Origin: an uncultured Spirochaeta sp.
GTDB lineage: Bacteria; Spirochaetota; Spirochaetia; DTKZ01
Direction: 5' to 3'
Assembly: GCA_937140905.1 (NCBI GenBank)
Contig: CAKZQO010000121.1
Location: 1 to 49,677, forward strand
DNA: 49,677 bases
Part shown: piece after piece, positions 46,354-49,677 of the stretch
How the letters are laid out: each line of letters opens with the position of its first letter
Position numbering within the stretch: the first letter of the stretch is position 1
Position numbers and translations under genes: made by a program
Notes under the pieces: generated by a model
The model's database searches: none
Told to the model about the DNA's origin: nothing
Seen by the model: the letters and a program-made list of their open reading frames with translations, nothing else

Positions 46354-47204
46354 GTACTTCTCCTATGAGAATTCCGTTTCCCGTACACACACCCTTCGTG
46401 GGTCGCGCACCTCGGGTTAGGACCTGTACATTCCTTTAGGCTGTCCTTTGCCCCACTAACCCCTGCTCCTTTAAGCTGCTCCACCAGGTGAAATAGTCTT
46501 AAGACTTCCCCTTCTTCCCCCTCTAAAGAGTAGACAGTAGATCCTTCGCCGCCTAAGGTTCCCCCCTTGCCAATTACTGTTGCTTTCACCCGCCCCAGAA
46601 TTGAAAACGCCTCCGTTTCGGTGTACACCTTCCCAAAAAGAGGCATCAATCCTACCGACATCCCAAGGGCTAACGTGGCTTTCTTCCTCCCGGCAGCGGC
46701 TACCGCTTCAGCAATGGTGGTAGGGATCAACTTGTCCCATCCTACCAGGATCCAAACCTCCGCTCCCTCTGTCATTAAGGAGGTCCATCCTTCCCCCGGA
46801 GGGCCTCCTCCCACGGTGCCAGCCATCGTGGCGGTGTAACCAAACCGGTCAAGAGCGTTGGCTCCCACAATGGCGATATCCCCTGGCCCTAAGGACCGTA
46901 CGGCAGATAGGATCTCCTGATCCACATTCCTAGGGACTCCCCGATCTACAAGAAGGGTATGGGGAGTACTCATATTAGCCTCGACAGAAGTGAGAGCCCC
47001 TCGCCCTGAAATCCTCCCAGAGATCCGAAGCGGGATTCCCAAGAGTCTCTCGGTCAACGCAGAAACGGTAGTCCCCCCTTTGAATAGGACTTTCCCGTTC
47101 TGCAAGGCTCGCAAGAGTTCCGGAAGGGTAGCTACCGCTTCTGCGATGAGGCGTTTCCCTTCGTTCGGCGTCAAGGTTACCTGTGCTACCATCTGCATGC
47201 CCAT
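46350..47204 (-). CDS. Hypothetical protein (no recognised family)
   Basis: 284 aa, Gly/Ala-rich and soluble-looking. 4-nt overlap with the aroM start and a 3-nt gap from the DUF1177 gene. Confidence 0.65.
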   Translation of the reverse strand: MGMQMVAQVTLTPNEGKRLIAEAVATLPELLRALQNGKVLFKGGTTVSALTERLLGIPLRISGRISGRGALTSVEANMSTPHTLLVDRGVPRNVDQEILSAVRSLGPGDIAIVGANALDRFGYTATMAGTVGGGPPGEGWTSLMTEGAEVWILVGWDKLIPTTIAEAVAAAGRKKATLALGMSVGLMPLFGKVYTETEAFSILGRVKATVIGKGGTLGGEGSTVYSLEGEEGEVLRLFHLVEQLKGAGVSGAKDSLKECTGPNPRCATHEGCVYGKRNSHRRST

Positions 47205-47207
47205 CCC

Positions 47208-48200
47208 TTACCCCTTACCTAGGGTTTTCAGCACTTCCATTGACCCATAGAGGGAAAGGATCCTTTCATACTCTTTTGGATCATAAAAGGCGCATTTCCC
47301 CTCTCCAAACGCTTTAGCCACCTCCAAACAGAATCGAGCTGCTTCTTCTATGTCCCACTCCCTGCTCGCTCCCGTGGCACATCCCGGCACCGGGCGCACT
47401 GCCGTAATGGCCACTCCTACCACGGGCGCATGAGTAGCCGTAGATGGTTGAAGGATACTGTTCAAATGAAACAGCCCGTTCCCATAAGGGGTAATGTCCT
47501 GCATGGTGATGGGGAACACCTTGGGAACATCCCCCGTGCTCCATTCCATGATATCCAGAAGGTCTTCACTGACTCGGAGAATATACCCATCCTTCACCGT
47601 TGGAGAGATGGCAAACCCTCTGTGATTGATCACTCGATTCCCCTTGGTGGTATCTATGGAGAGAATCGCATCCATCTCGGGAGTAACTTCCTGTTCGTTC
47701 ATTACCTTCATGTCCACGGGGGAACCCATAAAGGGCACCGGTTCATGGGGTTGAGTGGGAGCTTGGGGGCAAATATGGGTAGCGATGATCACATCTCCCT
47801 TTAGGAAATCCCCCCGCTTTTGCATGTCCGCTAATTTTAGGGCACAGGCCAAAGCAGCAACCGCTCCATCCGCATCGGAAACCAAGCCAATCCGCTCGGG
47901 TCTTGCACCAATGCCTCCCAACCGGCCAATGATTCCCAGAGTAGGTGCCGGAGAGATTCCTTGATGGCCCTTTTTGCGTGGTCCCCCTGCCATTTGCGAT
48001 TCTTGACCCCCGACCGTTTTCCCCGCAGTACCTGGAACTCGTATACGAATGAAATCGGTCGAGCCCTTATCCCCTCGTATCGTTTTCACCTCTACGTCTT
48101 TTATTCCTCTCCCATGGAGGATCTCCGCCACTCTCTTTCCCGTAACGTGCGCATCATCCAATAGTTCATACGCTTCCATCACTTGTGCTAACATACCCAA
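47208..48200 (-). CDS. DUF1177-like protein
   Basis: 330 aa. The family call is from my memory of DUF1177 (about 300 aa, co-occurring with AroM and DUF917). No catalytic motif recognised. Confidence 0.55.
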   Translation of the reverse strand: MGMLAQVMEAYELLDDAHVTGKRVAEILHGRGIKDVEVKTIRGDKGSTDFIRIRVPGTAGKTVGGQESQMAGGPRKKGHQGISPAPTLGIIGRLGGIGARPERIGLVSDADGAVAALACALKLADMQKRGDFLKGDVIIATHICPQAPTQPHEPVPFMGSPVDMKVMNEQEVTPEMDAILSIDTTKGNRVINHRGFAISPTVKDGYILRVSEDLLDIMEWSTGDVPKVFPITMQDITPYGNGLFHLNSILQPSTATHAPVVGVAITAVRPVPGCATGASREWDIEEAARFCLEVAKAFGEGKCAFYDPKEYERILSLYGSMEVLKTLGKG

Positions 48201-49288
48201 CCTCCCGGTTTTCCTACCACTTTTTCTGCTTCTTTCAAGAGTTCCGGATCTTTCACTCCCGATCCAAGTATCAAGTTTGCCTTGGGTACGAGAATCACCG
48301 CCACGTTTTGTCCTTCGCGTAGATCCGAAGATGGTAACGGAAGTCCCGTAGAAAGATCCATAAGGGCAATCAGATCAGGAAAAGTTCCCAAGCGTTCTCC
48401 TTCCTGTTCCAGGGTCATGAACTCGTTCCAGAAAGTAAGTTCCAATTTAGATCTTTCCGTTTGGACTATCGTAACCCCCACATCGAAGCCTCCCTTGGTT
48501 TCCAGTTTCACTTCCTGCACCCTCCCCTCTCCCACGACCCGTCCTCCGAGGAAGTCCGCCGCTTCTCCTGCCGCCTTTTGGGGAGAAACAGTTCGTCCCT
48601 TCTGGATCCTTCTTCCTAGCTCCAACGCTTGGGATAACGCATAAGGCGCTCCATTTTTCATCACATATTCCATTGGTATGGGGTTTCGGGCAACCGCTAC
48701 CATTCCTCCCGCAGAGATGGAAGCTTGCCGTACCAAACGGGAAGCCTCGGCAATCGAAGCACTCACTACAAGTTCGGTGTAAAAGCCCTTGGTGGGATCT
48801 CCACCGGTTGCGGCTTGCACGGAATGATACCCTTCCACCCGATGCAACCCCATGGATCCCATGGTTCCCATGGGATGGGCTCTTCCATTGCAGGGAGCGT
48901 CCACCACGGGGATGCCCAACACCGCCGATTGGAACCAACCGTTTACCGAGGCAAGCCCTCCGTTTTCACTGGTGTTTAAAGCCGATATACGAACTCCCCG
49001 CTGAGTAAGCAACTCCACAGCCCGAACGTAATCCATCGGGGTACAGAACTGATTCTTCGCTGCGGGAGCCCCAACGGCAGAGACCGTTACCACGGTACCA
49101 TCTAGAGGAAGAGCATCGGGGCGGAGCACCTGCGGGATTCCCACCTCCACGGCAAGTCTTCCAAGCTTACGACCCGCCTCCATCGCCCCTCCTCCCCCCC
49201 CTCCCAGGAAACAACCTCCCACCACGATGAAATCGATCGTTTCCTCTGTAATCGGGAAAGCTATTTCTTTTGAACTATACCGTCTCAT
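48188..49288 (-). CDS. DUF917-family protein (hydantoinase/ASKHA-like fold family)
   Basis: The N-terminal 'IDFIVVGGCFLGGGGGGAMEAG' poly-Gly motif is typical of DUF917. I prefer the ATG at 49288 (GAGGTG RBS, 5 nt after the racemase stop) over the track start at 49432. Confidence 0.7.
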   Translation of the reverse strand: MRRYSSKEIAFPITEETIDFIVVGGCFLGGGGGGAMEAGRKLGRLAVEVGIPQVLRPDALPLDGTVVTVSAVGAPAAKNQFCTPMDYVRAVELLTQRGVRISALNTSENGGLASVNGWFQSAVLGIPVVDAPCNGRAHPMGTMGSMGLHRVEGYHSVQAATGGDPTKGFYTELVVSASIAEASRLVRQASISAGGMVAVARNPIPMEYVMKNGAPYALSQALELGRRIQKGRTVSPQKAAGEAADFLGGRVVGEGRVQEVKLETKGGFDVGVTIVQTERSKLELTFWNEFMTLEQEGERLGTFPDLIALMDLSTGLPLPSSDLREGQNVAVILVPKANLILGSGVKDPELLKEAEKVVGKPGGWVC

Positions 49289-49293
49289 TGTGT

Positions 49294-49677
49294 TCACCTC
49301 GTCAGGAAAAACCAAGCGCAGAATCCGGACGCTAGAACCGGATCGATCACAGGTAAACCTATTGCCTGTTCTAGTTCTTTCGCTACTCCTATGGTGCTCA
49401 TTCCTGTACAAGCGAGGGCAATGACTCCACACCCACTATCCTTTACCAAAGATCGACAGGCTTCCATTACCCTCGCTTTTCCTTCCTGTTTCATCAGGTC
49501 AAGGGTAGTCTTTACTCCAGCGGGTTTCGCTTCTCCCGCGAGGTGAGAGCCCAATATCCGTTTCATTACCAAAGGGGTTCCCTCTGTAATTCCTAACGTG
49601 CCTACCCGATCACTATAACTCAGAGCGAGGGAGGCGGCCGCACTTCCCGCGCCAAACACAGGAACTCTTACCCTTGA
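49294..49677 (-). CDS. Asp/Glu/hydantoin racemase family protein; 3' part only, the gene continues beyond the right edge
   Basis: The frame is open to the window end (SRVRVPVFGAGSAAASLAL...). 'GCGVIALACTGMSTIG' and 'GLPVIDPV' match the second catalytic-Cys region of hydantoin racemase-like proteins. Confidence 0.7.
   Translation of the reverse strand, partial: SRVRVPVFGAGSAAASLALSYSDRVGTLGITEGTPLVMKRILGSHLAGEAKPAGVKTTLDLMKQEGKARVMEACRSLVKDSGCGVIALACTGMSTIGVAKELEQAIGLPVIDPVLASGFCAWFFLTR

Noticed and set aside
49289-49432. N-terminal 48-aa extension of the DUF917 ORF
   Set aside because: It overlaps the end of the racemase-like gene in another frame and is Arg/Ser-rich junk. The ATG at 49288 has a GAGGTG RBS and gives the typical DUF917 N-terminus.
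1-49677. CRISPR arrays, IS elements, integrases, prophage or toxin-antitoxin / defence modules
   Set aside because: Reading both strands, I found no spaced repeat arrays, no transposase or integrase-like ORFs, and no recognisable defence-gene motifs. The only repeat structures are the tRNA-derived copies (1119-1325) and the 9-bp microsatellite (14916-14946).

Overview
Densely packed bacterial chromosomal window of intermediate GC content. Gene content (def-fmt followed by a standalone PASTA protein, cdaA-cdaR, a TTT transporter, a Y_Y_Y propeller kinase) hints at an anaerobic, possibly spirochaete-like organism, but taxonomy cannot be settled from this window alone.

I call about 48 protein genes, one tRNA-Leu(GAG) and one preQ1-I riboswitch. 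I see no CRISPR array, rRNA, transposase or integrase.

Recognisable blocks, in order:
- preQ1 riboswitch-queF-yhhQ operon (1-894, minus strand).
- tRNA-Leu with promoter and terminator, followed by an odd GC-rich segment built from extra copies of the tRNA 3' end (1006-1325).
- A minus-strand operon of poorly characterised genes (1325-6067): small hydrophobic protein, ArsA/Get3-like ATPase, single-pass membrane protein, DUF59-like protein, DUF401-like permease and a pseudoREC-REC-GGDEF regulator.
- cstA, ndk-gpsA, and gpgS paired with a degenerate M20 homolog.
- An unknown protein coupled to an SPL-family radical SAM enzyme, then a FecR-domain protein.
- A citrate-utilisation locus, tctCBA plus citCDEF, next to a propeller histidine kinase / NarL-type regulator pair.
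- Housekeeping genes: argA, an IMPase-family gene, metH, yaiI, manA, a galK-like kinase, PASTA-fmt-def, asnA, priA, udg, truA, a DUF2225 gene, acpS and cdaR-cdaA.
- A tightly coupled six-gene cluster of uncharacterised families at the right edge (44703-49677): hydantoin-racemase-like, DUF917, DUF1177, an unknown 284-aa protein, AroM and an M29-like peptidase.

The best candidates for undescribed biology are the right-edge DUF cluster, the ArsA/Get3-like operon and the tRNA-derived repeat structure. All functional calls rest on motif recognition by eye. No database search was run.
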